Shown: one piece after another, positions 19,759 to 28,548 of the stretch
How positions within the stretch are numbered: position 1 is the first letter of the stretch
Layout of the letters: each line of letters begins with the position of its first letter
IMG/VR virus record: IMGVR_UViG_3300021472_000001
Span: 7,923-71,922 of that record
Source: a virus
Strand: one strand, 5' to 3'
DNA length: 64,000 bases
The notes under the pieces: model-generated
What the model was told of the DNA's origin: nothing
What the model saw: the letters and a program-made list of their open reading frames with translations, nothing else
Database searches by the model: none
Translations under genes and position numbers: made by a program

Positions 19759-20784
19759 TCATGAGTTCAATTTTTCATAATAACTCTTTAAATACTCCTT
19801 AATTGTGATTGTGTTTAGATATTTTGAACCTTCAATACCGTGCGCTATAACGTTTCCCCTTTCTTTCATGAGAGATTGTATAATCATGTCCTCAGCCAGA
19901 TTAGTGAAATAAAGAACAGAATGAGTCTTCTGTCCTATCTCCCACGATGAGAGATAGGCATCTTCTAATGTCATTTCGAGTATGTTCTCAAATCCAACAA
20001 AAAGAAATTTATCAATGAAACGTAGTATTTGAGAAGCTATGCCTCTAAATATACTTGATATTGAAGCACTTTGTAGAAAAAGAGAGTGAACGGGCATTCT
20101 ATGAAATATCCGATATCTAACATCTGCATCAATTATAGTCTCTTCTTTACTTTTATCAAAATAAATTGGAATAGTATCAAATTTCAGTGAGTAATACGGA
20201 AGAATTCCATGTGCGAATATCGTTGGGAATTCTGAAATCTGAGGATCTTCACAAAGAACTCTAGTCTCTCCATCCGACGTCTTAAATTGAATTGTCTTTC
20301 TGTTTAAAGGAAAATTCTCTCGTATCCCTTCAAGTACCCACATTATCAAAACAGGATTTGCATTAAGACATGAAATGATTTGGGGAATAAGTCCTCGAAC
20401 AGCCTGAAGTGGATAAGATTCCATGTATTGAAGAAGATATTTTCGTTTCCGTCCTCTTTCAAAATATTGAGACTGGATATCTCGCATTACATTCTTATAT
20501 TGCACAACTCGGTCTAAGATTCTATGTGTGAAAATCAGAAGATTTCTCGGATTTCCAAAATATTCCCGTATATTTTCTGTAAAATGAGGAATGGGAGTAT
20601 AAGCTATCTCGGTCTCTTCACCTTTTTCTAAATGAATCATGTGAAATTCGATTTTTCCTCCCAACGTAATTTCTCGGATCTCCCAGAGCTCGTCCATTGA
20701 ATCCACTCTTCTATCTCCCAGCACTCCTAATATGTATCGTGCTGGTATCCCTTCCCATAGTCGAGAAACATCAATGCTTTTCAT
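19759..20784 (-). CDS. Hypothetical protein
   Basis: 341-aa ORF directly upstream of the AAA gene. Confidence 0.75.
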   Translation of the reverse strand: MKSIDVSRLWEGIPARYILGVLGDRRVDSMDELWEIREITLGGKIEFHMIHLEKGEETEIAYTPIPHFTENIREYFGNPRNLLIFTHRILDRVVQYKNVMRDIQSQYFERGRKRKYLLQYMESYPLQAVRGLIPQIISCLNANPVLIMWVLEGIRENFPLNRKTIQFKTSDGETRVLCEDPQISEFPTIFAHGILPYYSLKFDTIPIYFDKSKEETIIDADVRYRIFHRMPVHSLFLQSASISSIFRGIASQILRFIDKFLFVGFENILEMTLEDAYLSSWEIGQKTHSVLYFTNLAEDMIIQSLMKERGNVIAHGIEGSKYLNTITIKEYLKSYYEKLNS

Positions 20785-20903
20785 TTCTATTCTTTCCTTC
20801 CTTTTCCCTGAGTTCTTGATTATATCGAAGCCATTGATAGAATATAAACTCTTGTGTCTCTTCCCAGTCCTTTCTTCTTAGTCTCATTTCTTCTTTTTTC
20901 TTC

Positions 20904-21023
20904 TTTATTATAATAATATTATTAATATAATTTAATTAATAAAGGATCCTACGTATTTTATACGTATAATATACGTTATGATCCCGATAGGAGAACTTTA
21001 TACTTTAAAGTAAAGCTTCTCCT
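20904..21023. promoter_or_regulatory. 40-bp A/T-only tract followed by two imperfect palindromes (origin or operator candidate)
   Basis: 20904-20943 contains only A/T; palindromes at 20944-20984 and 20989-21023. Confidence 0.5.
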
Positions 21024-21048
21024 TAAACACGATAGGAATAATCTTGTG

Positions 21049-21402
21049 CTATTCTTTAGGAAATTTCGATAACCAAGTTAGATACACTGAATACGCGTGT
21101 CTTCCGAGATTATTCCAGAAGCACTCGTTAGCTTTGAATCGCAATATCTCATTTCCCAAGTCTTTTCGCGTTCCAGCCCCAAACACTTGAGGCTTGCCAT
21201 TCCATTCCACTTTCAGAACATAATACTTTGGTGCGCCAAATACTTCTCGTGGATAGTCGCTTTCTAATTGTATGGTAATTTTGTATCTTCTTGGAGGAAT
21301 AACTGTAATCCACTCCTTTCGTTTACAATCAAAGAACTCATTAGTTTCTAATTCTCTTTCAAATAACTTCTGAGGTTTAAAACTATGAAATGTTTTTCTC
21401 AT
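21049..21402 (-). CDS. Hypothetical protein
   Basis: 117-aa ORF. Confidence 0.65.
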   Translation of the reverse strand: MRKTFHSFKPQKLFERELETNEFFDCKRKEWITVIPPRRYKITIQLESDYPREVFGAPKYYVLKVEWNGKPQVFGAGTRKDLGNEILRFKANECFWNNLGRHAYSVYLTWLSKFPKE

Positions 21403-21443
21403 TTACGTCAATCATGAACTCCTAAAATATGAACATATTATTA

Positions 21444-21474
21444 GAGGAGGAAATTAAGGACGTTAATCCTCCTC
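21444..21474. other. Intergenic inverted repeat (hairpin)
   Basis: GAGGAGG-aa-ATTAA / TTAAT-CCTCCTC. Confidence 0.5.
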
Positions 21475-21481
21475 AAGTCCT

Positions 21482-21688
21482 TCAGATATTTCTATCTCTC
21501 CTCACCTCTTCTCTCCTCACCTTCTCTCTAAGTATAGCAAAAGTGCGAAAAGGGAGGTAAGAACGAATAATTTGATAAAGCTTTTCTGCATCGGAAGTAA
21601 TCTCTTCGTCACTTGGACATAAGGTAGGAACTATCTCAATGATTACTTCTTCGCCAAGAGTCCTCGCTCCATGAATCTGCATCCTCAT
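21482..21688 (-). CDS. Hypothetical protein
   Basis: Coupled to the upstream gene (ATGA overlap). Confidence 0.55.
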   Translation of the reverse strand: MRMQIHGARTLGEEVIIEIVPTLCPSDEEITSDAEKLYQIIRSYLPFRTFAILREKVRREEVRRDRNI

Positions 21689-22509
21689 ATCAATCCGTAG
21701 AAGTGCCCAAGAACTATGCTTTTGTTACCGCCCGCTCCTCTAACGATTTTGGTCTGTCCATCACTGTCCTCATACACAAACGCCCCGCCATTTTCCTTAA
21801 CATAGTTCGTAGCTTCCTGCACATTCTTGAACTCCATCTGCTTCGCTATCTCTAAATACTCTTCTCCTCTCAAATACGTCCCTTGTATTCGCTTTTCTTT
21901 CATTACGTATTTACCCTTTCCTACTTTTTCTACGTCATATCCACCTCTATACCAGGACTGATACCAATTGTATTTCCAGTTTAAATCTGTGAATTTGCGA
22001 TTCTTGTCTATGCGGAAATCACCGATGAGAATTGGCTTACGCCCATTAATAAGCAGCACGAACTTTGAATATCCTAACATGCTTTGGAATTCCTTTGATA
22101 GCATTAGCAACATTAACTGTCTTTCACTAAGCTTGAGAGATGATAAGAATTCTGCAAAATTAGCTGTATCGCTTAAATTTCGATTCATATATTCAAAGTG
22201 ATGCAGGTGTCCTCTGTGAAATAGCACTGCTCGTTTACCCTTTTTTAGCTTTATTATGAATGGATGAGTGAGCTTTGGCTTTACGAATCCGCACGATGCC
22301 ATTCGCCAGTGGCATACTGTTGTGTAGTCGCCCTGTATCTGATTAAGCGTCTCCCACGCTGTCTCTTCTTCCATCATACCCTTCAATACCTTCCACTCGC
22401 CGTCTTCACTGTATGCCAATCCAAACCCATCTGGGTTGTTATTCCAGATTTTCTCAAACTCGTCCCTTTCTACTTTTACACCCTCTTGCAAACAAGCAAT
22501 TACACACAT
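21685..22509 (-). CDS. Class II (Ntn) glutamine amidotransferase-like protein
   Basis: N-terminal MC nucleophile, NPDGFG, HWRMAS-G, THPF, SDT. Confidence 0.88.
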   Translation of the reverse strand: MCVIACLQEGVKVERDEFEKIWNNNPDGFGLAYSEDGEWKVLKGMMEEETAWETLNQIQGDYTTVCHWRMASCGFVKPKLTHPFIIKLKKGKRAVLFHRGHLHHFEYMNRNLSDTANFAEFLSSLKLSERQLMLLMLSKEFQSMLGYSKFVLLINGRKPILIGDFRIDKNRKFTDLNWKYNWYQSWYRGGYDVEKVGKGKYVMKEKRIQGTYLRGEEYLEIAKQMEFKNVQEATNYVKENGGAFVYEDSDGQTKIVRGAGGNKSIVLGHFYGLI

Positions 22510-22515
22510 TTCTCT

Positions 22516-22860
22516 TTATTCCTCAAATAGATACTTTAAAATCCTCTTTAATGCTTCTTTTCTTCCTGCGATATATTCCTTTCGGAATCCCCAAGGAAGA
22601 CCTAAGACTATTCGTTTATCTTTTTCCCATTTATGGAATCCATAAGCATCCAGCGGAATTAGTATCGCATCCAGAGTATTCTTGTAGATAACATCTCTCA
22701 GGAGTAAATTGTTTATGTATATTACATCATCTCCCCTAATGGAAGCAAGACCGATTACAAAGAGTTCTCTGTATCCCCGTTCTTCCAAAGCTGGCAGTGA
22801 AATTTTGAATGATTCGGTTGGTAAGTAATCGTCTCCGGGATTACATTTAACCTCAATCAT
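22516..22860 (-). CDS. Hypothetical protein, paralogue of 22857..23159
   Basis: LGLPWGFRKEYIAG...LKYLF. Confidence 0.7.
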   Translation of the reverse strand: MIEVKCNPGDDYLPTESFKISLPALEERGYRELFVIGLASIRGDDVIYINNLLLRDVIYKNTLDAILIPLDAYGFHKWEKDKRIVLGLPWGFRKEYIAGRKEALKRILKYLFEE

Positions 22861-23159
22861 TTTCTAAATAGACATTTAAGCGCTTGTGCTAACTTCTGTT
22901 TATCTCCTCCGATGCATTTATCTCTAAACTCAAAGGGAAGTCCGAGATATATTACATCTGTTTCATCCGTTTCTATCTCGAACACTCGACCATTAATAAC
23001 GTTCTTTACTATCTTTCTCTTCCATCCTTTGGTTATTACTATATCGTCGCTGAAACTACCAAACATTTGTATTTCTTTGATTCCCTTTAGTCCGTGTATT
23101 CTGATATCAAACTCCTCTTTGGGTAGTCCTAAATATTCTCCACAATACGAGACCTTCAT
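22857..23159 (-). CDS. Hypothetical protein, paralogue of 22516..22860
   Basis: LGLPFEFRDKCIGG...LKCLF. Confidence 0.7.
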   Translation of the reverse strand: MKVSYCGEYLGLPKEEFDIRIHGLKGIKEIQMFGSFSDDIVITKGWKRKIVKNVINGRVFEIETDETDVIYLGLPFEFRDKCIGGDKQKLAQALKCLFRK

Positions 23160-23869
23160 AATCGCTTCACCATTTTATCTTGAATCTCTTCAAACTTATC
23201 TGGATGTTTGATGAATCTCTTGATGAATAGAGTCAAAAGGAGTAGTTGTCTATACGTGGTTATTCTTGGTAAACGAAATTCTACGTCTCCCCGCTCTCCG
23301 GTCTTGAGATTAACGAAAAAATATCGATCGTCCGACTCATTCATGTGGCAGTAATCGTTTGGCAATCTGCCCCAAAGTCTTTCGTCTATACAAACATCAC
23401 CTAAATGAGGTTGCACTTCTTCGAGCTTCCAATAATAAGTGCTTGGAATCGATCCAACATGAACGTGTGTCGAAACGATATAGCGTTTGAAATACTCTGA
23501 ATAGATTTGCATGGGCGACCTTAGTGAAGTAATCAATGCTTGTCTTGACTGAAATATTGGAGACTTCCATTCAATATCACTGATAGTCCCATCTTCTGTG
23601 GGGATATATCCACGTGTCGCCAGTCTTGCAAACAGTGAACGTCTTATATCCTCATGTATCTCGAACGGCTTGCAGAACTCTAACTCTATTCCCCATGTAA
23701 AGTCTTCGTTTATTCTTTTCCCTTTACATATTTCGTTTCGCCAATCGTAAGGTCGTTTGATAAGATGCTGTTCACATATATAGCCATATCCTTTGATATA
23801 AGCTCTGGGCACTCCCTCTTTTCCACAAAGTCTACATTTCTTCGTATTAAAACCTCGTATTCCTAACAT
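23156..23869 (-). CDS. Amidoligase (COOH-NH2 ligase type 2) with N-terminal Zn finger
   Basis: WGIELEF, EDGT, EWKSP, HVHVG, RY..VNL, VEFR. Confidence 0.85.
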   Translation of the reverse strand: MLGIRGFNTKKCRLCGKEGVPRAYIKGYGYICEQHLIKRPYDWRNEICKGKRINEDFTWGIELEFCKPFEIHEDIRRSLFARLATRGYIPTEDGTISDIEWKSPIFQSRQALITSLRSPMQIYSEYFKRYIVSTHVHVGSIPSTYYWKLEEVQPHLGDVCIDERLWGRLPNDYCHMNESDDRYFFVNLKTGERGDVEFRLPRITTYRQLLLLTLFIKRFIKHPDKFEEIQDKMVKRL

Positions 23870-24096
23870 AGCACCACTCTCCCTTCCATAAACAATCTGT
23901 CCATTGGACTAAAGCTCTCTCTGATTTCGTATCCTGCCTCTTTATATAGCCTATACAACTCTTCAAACGACAGTCGAGGTTTTTCCAACTCTCCTTGCGG
24001 ATTCCTGAATAGTGTCAAGTCGAGCCTTCGCAAATACAGGAATTCACCGATTTCCCTTCCTTTTTTCCACACTTTAAACTTTGCTATGTTTTTCAT
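23863..24096 (-). CDS. Hypothetical protein
   Basis: Co-oriented ORF with an SD-like site. Confidence 0.6.
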   Translation of the reverse strand: MKNIAKFKVWKKGREIGEFLYLRRLDLTLFRNPQGELEKPRLSFEELYRLYKEAGYEIRESFSPMDRLFMEGRVVLC

Positions 24097-24183
24097 ATCC
24101 TCTCTATCACCTCTAATAACCTAAAGCGTAATACAAATGAAAATGAGAAGAAGTCTACTCCCTCGTCTCCATTATAGGTATCC

Positions 24184-24477
24184 TCACTCCAATACCCTTC
24201 GCAGCTTCTCCCAACGCACATATCCCATTTCCTTCATTGCGTTATCAAGTGCGTCTATTACCTCTTCATTGCCCTCTAATTCGAGATTGACGTAGTCATC
24301 TATGAATTCTCCGTAGCGCTGAATTAAACGATTATATATCTCTTCTGCTCCTTCCCTAAATACCGTAAGCGTCCCGTCAGTTGCTGAGATAATTATTTCC
24401 TTTTCAATATCCTTTAGTTGCCCTTTCTCCTCTACGATACTCTTATTCGGTTTAATATACCTCAAAAACGTTTGCAT
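24184..24477 (-). CDS. Hypothetical protein
   Basis: Co-oriented ORF with a GGTGA SD-like site. Confidence 0.6.
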   Translation of the reverse strand: MQTFLRYIKPNKSIVEEKGQLKDIEKEIIISATDGTLTVFREGAEEIYNRLIQRYGEFIDDYVNLELEGNEEVIDALDNAMKEMGYVRWEKLRRVLE

Positions 24478-24507
24478 TTTTCACCATCTCCATCCAAAAC
24501 CTTGTCA

Positions 24508-24729
24508 TCATTGAGTTGTAGATTGAAATAAACTCCCAATGGGAGCATCCAATCCAATCTCTTTTATCCTCTCTTTAATGGAAAGAATAAGGTCTTCACT
24601 GATTTCAATATGTTCCAAATAGAACGAACGATTATAAGCTTCTCTAAAAGAATAATCTCTGATTTCTGGATATTGATGATAGCGAGTTATGAACTTTGCT
24701 ATACCTATTGCAACTTCATCAAGATTCAT
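24508..24729 (-). CDS. Hypothetical protein
   Basis: Coupled to the RadC gene. Confidence 0.55.
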   Translation of the reverse strand: MNLDEVAIGIAKFITRYHQYPEIRDYSFREAYNRSFYLEHIEISEDLILSIKERIKEIGLDAPIGSLFQSTTQ

Positions 24730-25154
24730 AATATCCCCTCCTCTGCAAAACTCGTGTAACCTTTACTGCTTATCACGATGAAATCCTCAAGTGGAATGCC
24801 TAATATCTCTCCTGATTGTTTTAGTTTCTTTGCAATTCTCTCATCCTCTTCGGTGGGAGTTGGATTGCCACTCGGATGGTTATGAATAACAATTATTGAA
24901 GAACTACCATTCAAGATAGCTTTCTTAAAGACTTCACGGGGATGAACAAGCGCTGTATCAATAGTGCCCATACTTACTAATTCCTTCTCTATCAGCTTGA
25001 GTCTGGTATTCAAGTGGAGCACCCAGACACACTCTCGGTCTATTTTAGCCTCACTTTGCATGAACCGATAGATTTTCTCTGGACTGTTTAGCTTCTCTTC
25101 GGTTGCTTCCTTTATCATCATAAATCTTAATCCCTTCTTTATTATGTAGTTCAT
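24726..25154 (-). CDS. radC: RadC-like JAB domain protein
   Basis: VHPREVFKKA and HNHPSGNPTPTEED. Confidence 0.92.
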   Translation of the reverse strand: MNYIIKKGLRFMMIKEATEEKLNSPEKIYRFMQSEAKIDRECVWVLHLNTRLKLIEKELVSMGTIDTALVHPREVFKKAILNGSSSIIVIHNHPSGNPTPTEEDERIAKKLKQSGEILGIPLEDFIVISSKGYTSFAEEGIL

Positions 25155-25156
25155 CT

Positions 25157-25552
25157 CTACACCTCTATTTTACAGTGCTCTATGCTAAATTCTGGGATGC
25201 TTATTAGTTGCTTCTTCTTCATCAATCTTATAAGGTCTTCTCCAGTCCAATCTTCCGTTTTCTCATCAAGTTCTTCTATTGCTTCATCTACTGCTTCTTG
25301 CAGTTCGTCCTCGCTGAGATTACTAAAGAATTCGGTTTGCCAGACTACTTCTTCTCTCCAAACAAACTTCACTATCTTTAAATTTCTGTTTCGTTTCTTT
25401 TCAATCTCATCGAGTGTTTCTTCGTCCGGCTCTATAACAAGTTCTGCGTTGTTCTCCTCCACGTTTTTATAGGCTTGAGCAAAGTTCTCCGCTTCCACTA
25501 TTCCGCTTACTCCTCCATCTCTATCTGCTAATAGATATAACATTTCCTCCAC
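25157..25552 (-). CDS. Hypothetical acidic protein
   Basis: 131-aa ORF. Confidence 0.65.
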   Translation of the reverse strand: MEEMLYLLADRDGGVSGIVEAENFAQAYKNVEENNAELVIEPDEETLDEIEKKRNRNLKIVKFVWREEVVWQTEFFSNLSEDELQEAVDEAIEELDEKTEDWTGEDLIRLMKKKQLISIPEFSIEHCKIEV

Positions 25553-25595
25553 GCTTCCGTCCCGTTAAGAGGCGAAAGCTATATGGGAAAAAATA
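25543..25595 (-). promoter_or_regulatory. Repeated 5' leader hairpin, copy 1
   Basis: Imperfect direct repeat of 25873-25927 with compensatory stem changes. Confidence 0.55.
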
Positions 25596-25609
25596 TTAAT
25601 GTTCAGTGT

Positions 25610-25858
25610 TTATTCTTTGACAATCTTCCATCCGGTCTCTAATAGTTCCATCAGCGAATATGAGGTATAAGGATCTTCATTGTTATCAACTGTAAATCCA
25701 ACGTGATATCCCCAGTGTAAATATGCTCCGAACTTCAGTGTGCCTTTGTATTTGATTTGCCCACTGCCATCTTGAGCCACTAAGACATCTCCTATGTGAT
25801 ATTCTTGGGAATCTATCCTTACTCCATCCTTAACAAGTTCCACTTCCAAGTTCATCAC
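25610..25858 (-). CDS. Member 2 of the three-member small-protein family
   Basis: ELVKDGVRID...IGDVL...HVGFTV...GWKIVK. Confidence 0.75.
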   Translation of the reverse strand: MMNLEVELVKDGVRIDSQEYHIGDVLVAQDGSGQIKYKGTLKFGAYLHWGYHVGFTVDNNEDPYTSYSLMELLETGWKIVKE

Positions 25859-25872
25859 CTCCTAACTTATCT

Positions 25873-25927
25873 TTTCCTCCACGCCTACGTCCTTAATATG
25901 GGCGATAGGCTATATGGGGAAGAAATA
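25873..25927 (-). promoter_or_regulatory. Repeated 5' leader hairpin, copy 2
   Basis: CCCATATAGCCTATCGCC...GGACGTAGGCGTGGAGGAAA on the minus strand. Confidence 0.55.
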
Positions 25928-26092
25928 CAAAAACAAAGGGAGTTTTAAAAAAACTCTTCGCAATTTTCTATCCTCATTCGTTTCCTCTGATAAGTTATGT
26001 AGATATCGGTGAAATGCGGTAAAAATATCATGCCGTTTTCGTGAGGCATTATCGAATTTCCCTGTTGTTTCTTCATCTCCATCACTTCCTAA

Positions 26093-26358
26093 CTACTCTA
26101 TGACTTTTATGATTTTCCATTTCTTCTCGTCTGCCATATTTACGAAATCTATTAGCGTAAAAATTCCGTTCCATTGTCCACTGAGAAACCAAGATGTTCG
26201 ATATCGTAACATCCCTCTCCGTCTAAATATATTTTGAATTGCACTCGACCCATGAATCGGAGTTTTTCGTTCTCATCTCTCGCTTCAATGATTTCTCCAA
26301 TTTTAAACGTTTGTCCATCAATCTCAACACCATTCTCTATCAATCTAATTTTCCTCAT
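26093..26358 (-). pseudogene. Member 3 of the three-member family, -1 frameshift at GAA TTT TTA (~26160)
   Basis: The -1 frame continues TLIDFVNMADEKKWKIIKVIE, matching TLIDFLDEARLNGWKVIKVKD of member 1. Confidence 0.75.
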
Positions 26359-26443
26359 TTTCTCTCATCACCTTTTGATGTGTTTCAACCAATGCCAACC
26401 CCAAACAGGAGTTGTAGCGTGCCTATTCTGTATTCACAAAGGT

Positions 26444-26647
26444 TTATTCCTTATGACCTATTTTGTTAAGTTCTCCCCGAATCTTCTCTATCAGCCTTGA
26501 TTCATCAAAGATTTCAACTCGTAATACTGGTTGACAATTATACTTTCTTTGGTGCGTCTTACACACATGCAATCTACACGGGAATTCGTCGTAATACTCC
26601 CACCAGCATCCACACTTCCACTCTAACCACTTTTCTATATCTTTCAT
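26444..26647 (-). CDS. Small Cys/His-rich hypothetical protein
   Basis: CGC...C..H. Confidence 0.5.
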   Translation of the reverse strand: MKDIEKWLEWKCGCWWEYYDEFPCRLHVCKTHQRKYNCQPVLRVEIFDESRLIEKIRGELNKIGHKE

Positions 26648-26779
26648 CCTTCTGAAGATTTATGGTGTCTTATCCTTATTATATATTCTTATTAATTCAA
26701 ATATTTTTGAACTTCTCTTTCTCGTCATATCCTGTGTATTCCCCCCTTCGCCTCCTTCCCTTTATAATATAATAAGATT

Positions 26780-26992
26780 TAATCTATCTCGATTTATTTA
26801 TCGCTTGTGGTGGGAGGATGCTAAAAGCCGTCCGTTGTTCAATCTATCAATCTAAGCCTTCTCTTTGGGTTTTTCGCTTGTTCCGTCAATCTAAGAGAGT
26901 TTTTGAGAAGCTTCAATCTAAACATCAATCTAATAGGAATATAAGAGCACCAATCTAAAGTTATTTCAGAATCTCTTATCTTTCCTAATCTA
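26780..26992 (+). repeat. Polar cluster of (C/T)AATCTA heptamers
   Basis: CAATCTA at 26840, 26848, 26887, 26914, 26926, 26951; TAATCTA at 26780 and 26986. Confidence 0.7.
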
Positions 26993-27012
26993 CGATATAG
27001 CATATAAGACCT

Positions 27013-27052
27013 GTGTTGTTGTTGTGGTGGTGGTTGTGGTGGTGGTAGTGGT
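27013..27052 (+). repeat. Imperfect (GTT/GTG)n trinucleotide tract
   Basis: gtgttgttgttgtggtggtggttgtggtggtggtagtggt. Confidence 0.85.
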
Positions 27053-27078
27053 CTGGAGGTATTGAGTATTTCCCATGA

Positions 27079-27171
27079 TTTGCATATTTGGTTCACATTG
27101 AAATTTAAAGTTAAGCATGAAGGTTAATATAGGTTTAATGGTAAAATTTGCATATAACCCAAATACGGTGT
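27079..27171. repeat. Dispersed symmetric 92-93 bp element, degenerate copy E
   Basis: AAATTT boxes at conserved offsets and TATTTGG/CCAAATA arms. The left flank ATTTCCCATGA is the reverse complement of the copy B right flank. Confidence 0.6.
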
Positions 27172-27241
27172 GTTTAAGGCAAAATTTTAAAACCATCCTC
27201 CACCCAATAGGCGGAGGCTAAGGAGTTGTTGATTGCAAAAA

Positions 27242-27424
27242 TTAAGAAAGGAGGGTTAATTTGCATTCCCTCCTATCCCTTGTAATTAAACCGTCTTGTT
27301 TTATGAGGGACATCTCACACTTTGGGATAAATCGGAGATATCCCAATTCTCCGTCTTTGTAGCGGATATATAGGCTCCCGGTTTCGGGAGATTTCGCGTT
27401 TGGTTTAACAACCAGTTTGCTCAT
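27242..27424 (-). CDS. Hypothetical protein
   Basis: 60-aa ORF with a GGAG SD-like site. Confidence 0.5.
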   Translation of the reverse strand: MSKLVVKPNAKSPETGSLYIRYKDGELGYLRFIPKCEMSLIKQDGLITRDRRECKLTLLS

Positions 27425-27570
27425 CTTTGCATCTCCTTTGCTATTCTCTCTTCCAATATGTATATTCTCTTGATATCTCCGTGTTTTATAGCGTCCCTGC
27501 GTGCGTGTCTTAGAATTCTTAGATTCCTCTTAAATGTTATCTCTTCCATTGTTATCACCGAAAAAATAAA

Positions 27571-28548
27571 TTAAGGGAGGTAATACCTCCCCTGCTCGTC
27601 TTGTGATATGATTCCCTCGCTTAACATGCTTCTTATTCTCGGATTTACCGATTGCTGGCTCCAGCTATAATCTTCACCCATTTCTGCTTCCTTGATTCCC
27701 TTGATTATCTCTACTTCTCTAAACTTCTCCCCTCTGTGCATCTGAAGGAATTTCAAGATAATTCCCTTCTTTCCTTCGGGGACTCTCCGTCTTCCCTGTC
27801 CTCTGTTCGGAGAGGGTAATCTTCCCTCTCCGGTAATCGACACTCTTAACCATCTTTCCAGCTCAGGATATTCTTTAAGATTCTCCTCTATGAACTCGTG
27901 AACGCTCTCTTTTATCCTCTCGAAAGCTTCCTTCGCTTTTTGTAACGCTTCTTTCCTCTTATGGTATTTCTTTTGTAACTCTTCCATCCTCTTAACCCTC
28001 TTCGTATCCTTCTTAAAAGCACTCCTTTGCACTGCTATCCTCCCGAACTTTGCGACTTCCTCCTTTTTCCTTATGAGGTCTGCGATAAGGGACCTGATTC
28101 CTTGTATCTCCTCCTCGTTCATAAAGGAGAGCATATCTTCGCTTATGTATCCTTGCATCTCCTTTGGGAGTATCTCCTTGTTATGCTCTACTACCTGCTT
28201 ACCCGATATCTCTATCTCAGGTATCAATGTGTTACTATCTCCTCTCTTCTCTATCCGCATTACTCGCCCTCTTATCATCTCCGGGTGTTTACTCATCACC
28301 CGGTTGAGGGATTCCTCCGCGTTTCTCTTGCTGGAGAAGATAAATATCTTACCCTCCTTTTTAAGGGAGAGCCAGTTATCTTCTCCCTCTACTCCCTGCG
28401 ATACCTGCACTACATATCTTTCTCTCTTCTCTTCCGTTACCTCTTCCTTCTTTGCTTGGCTTTCCTCCTTTTGTGGTAAGGAATCGCCACTCTCCTTACC
28501 CGCTTCCTTTTGTGGTGTGGTGTTTTTTGCCATCTCACACATCACCAA
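27571..28548 (-). CDS. Coiled-coil protein with a C-terminal winged helix-turn-helix
   Basis: Charged helical middle; C-terminal ILKFL...SQQSVNPRIRSMLSEGIISQDEQGRYYL wHTH pattern; first gene of the left arm. Confidence 0.7.
   Translation of the reverse strand: MVMCEMAKNTTPQKEAGKESGDSLPQKEESQAKKEEVTEEKRERYVVQVSQGVEGEDNWLSLKKEGKIFIFSSKRNAEESLNRVMSKHPEMIRGRVMRIEKRGDSNTLIPEIEISGKQVVEHNKEILPKEMQGYISEDMLSFMNEEEIQGIRSLIADLIRKKEEVAKFGRIAVQRSAFKKDTKRVKRMEELQKKYHKRKEALQKAKEAFERIKESVHEFIEENLKEYPELERWLRVSITGEGRLPSPNRGQGRRRVPEGKKGIILKFLQMHRGEKFREVEIIKGIKEAEMGEDYSWSQQSVNPRIRSMLSEGIISQDEQGRYYLP

Noticed and set aside
26839-27196. Poly-Pro/Gln and poly-Thr ORFs
   Set aside because: Both arise from the same trinucleotide tract in different frames and overlap non-coding motifs
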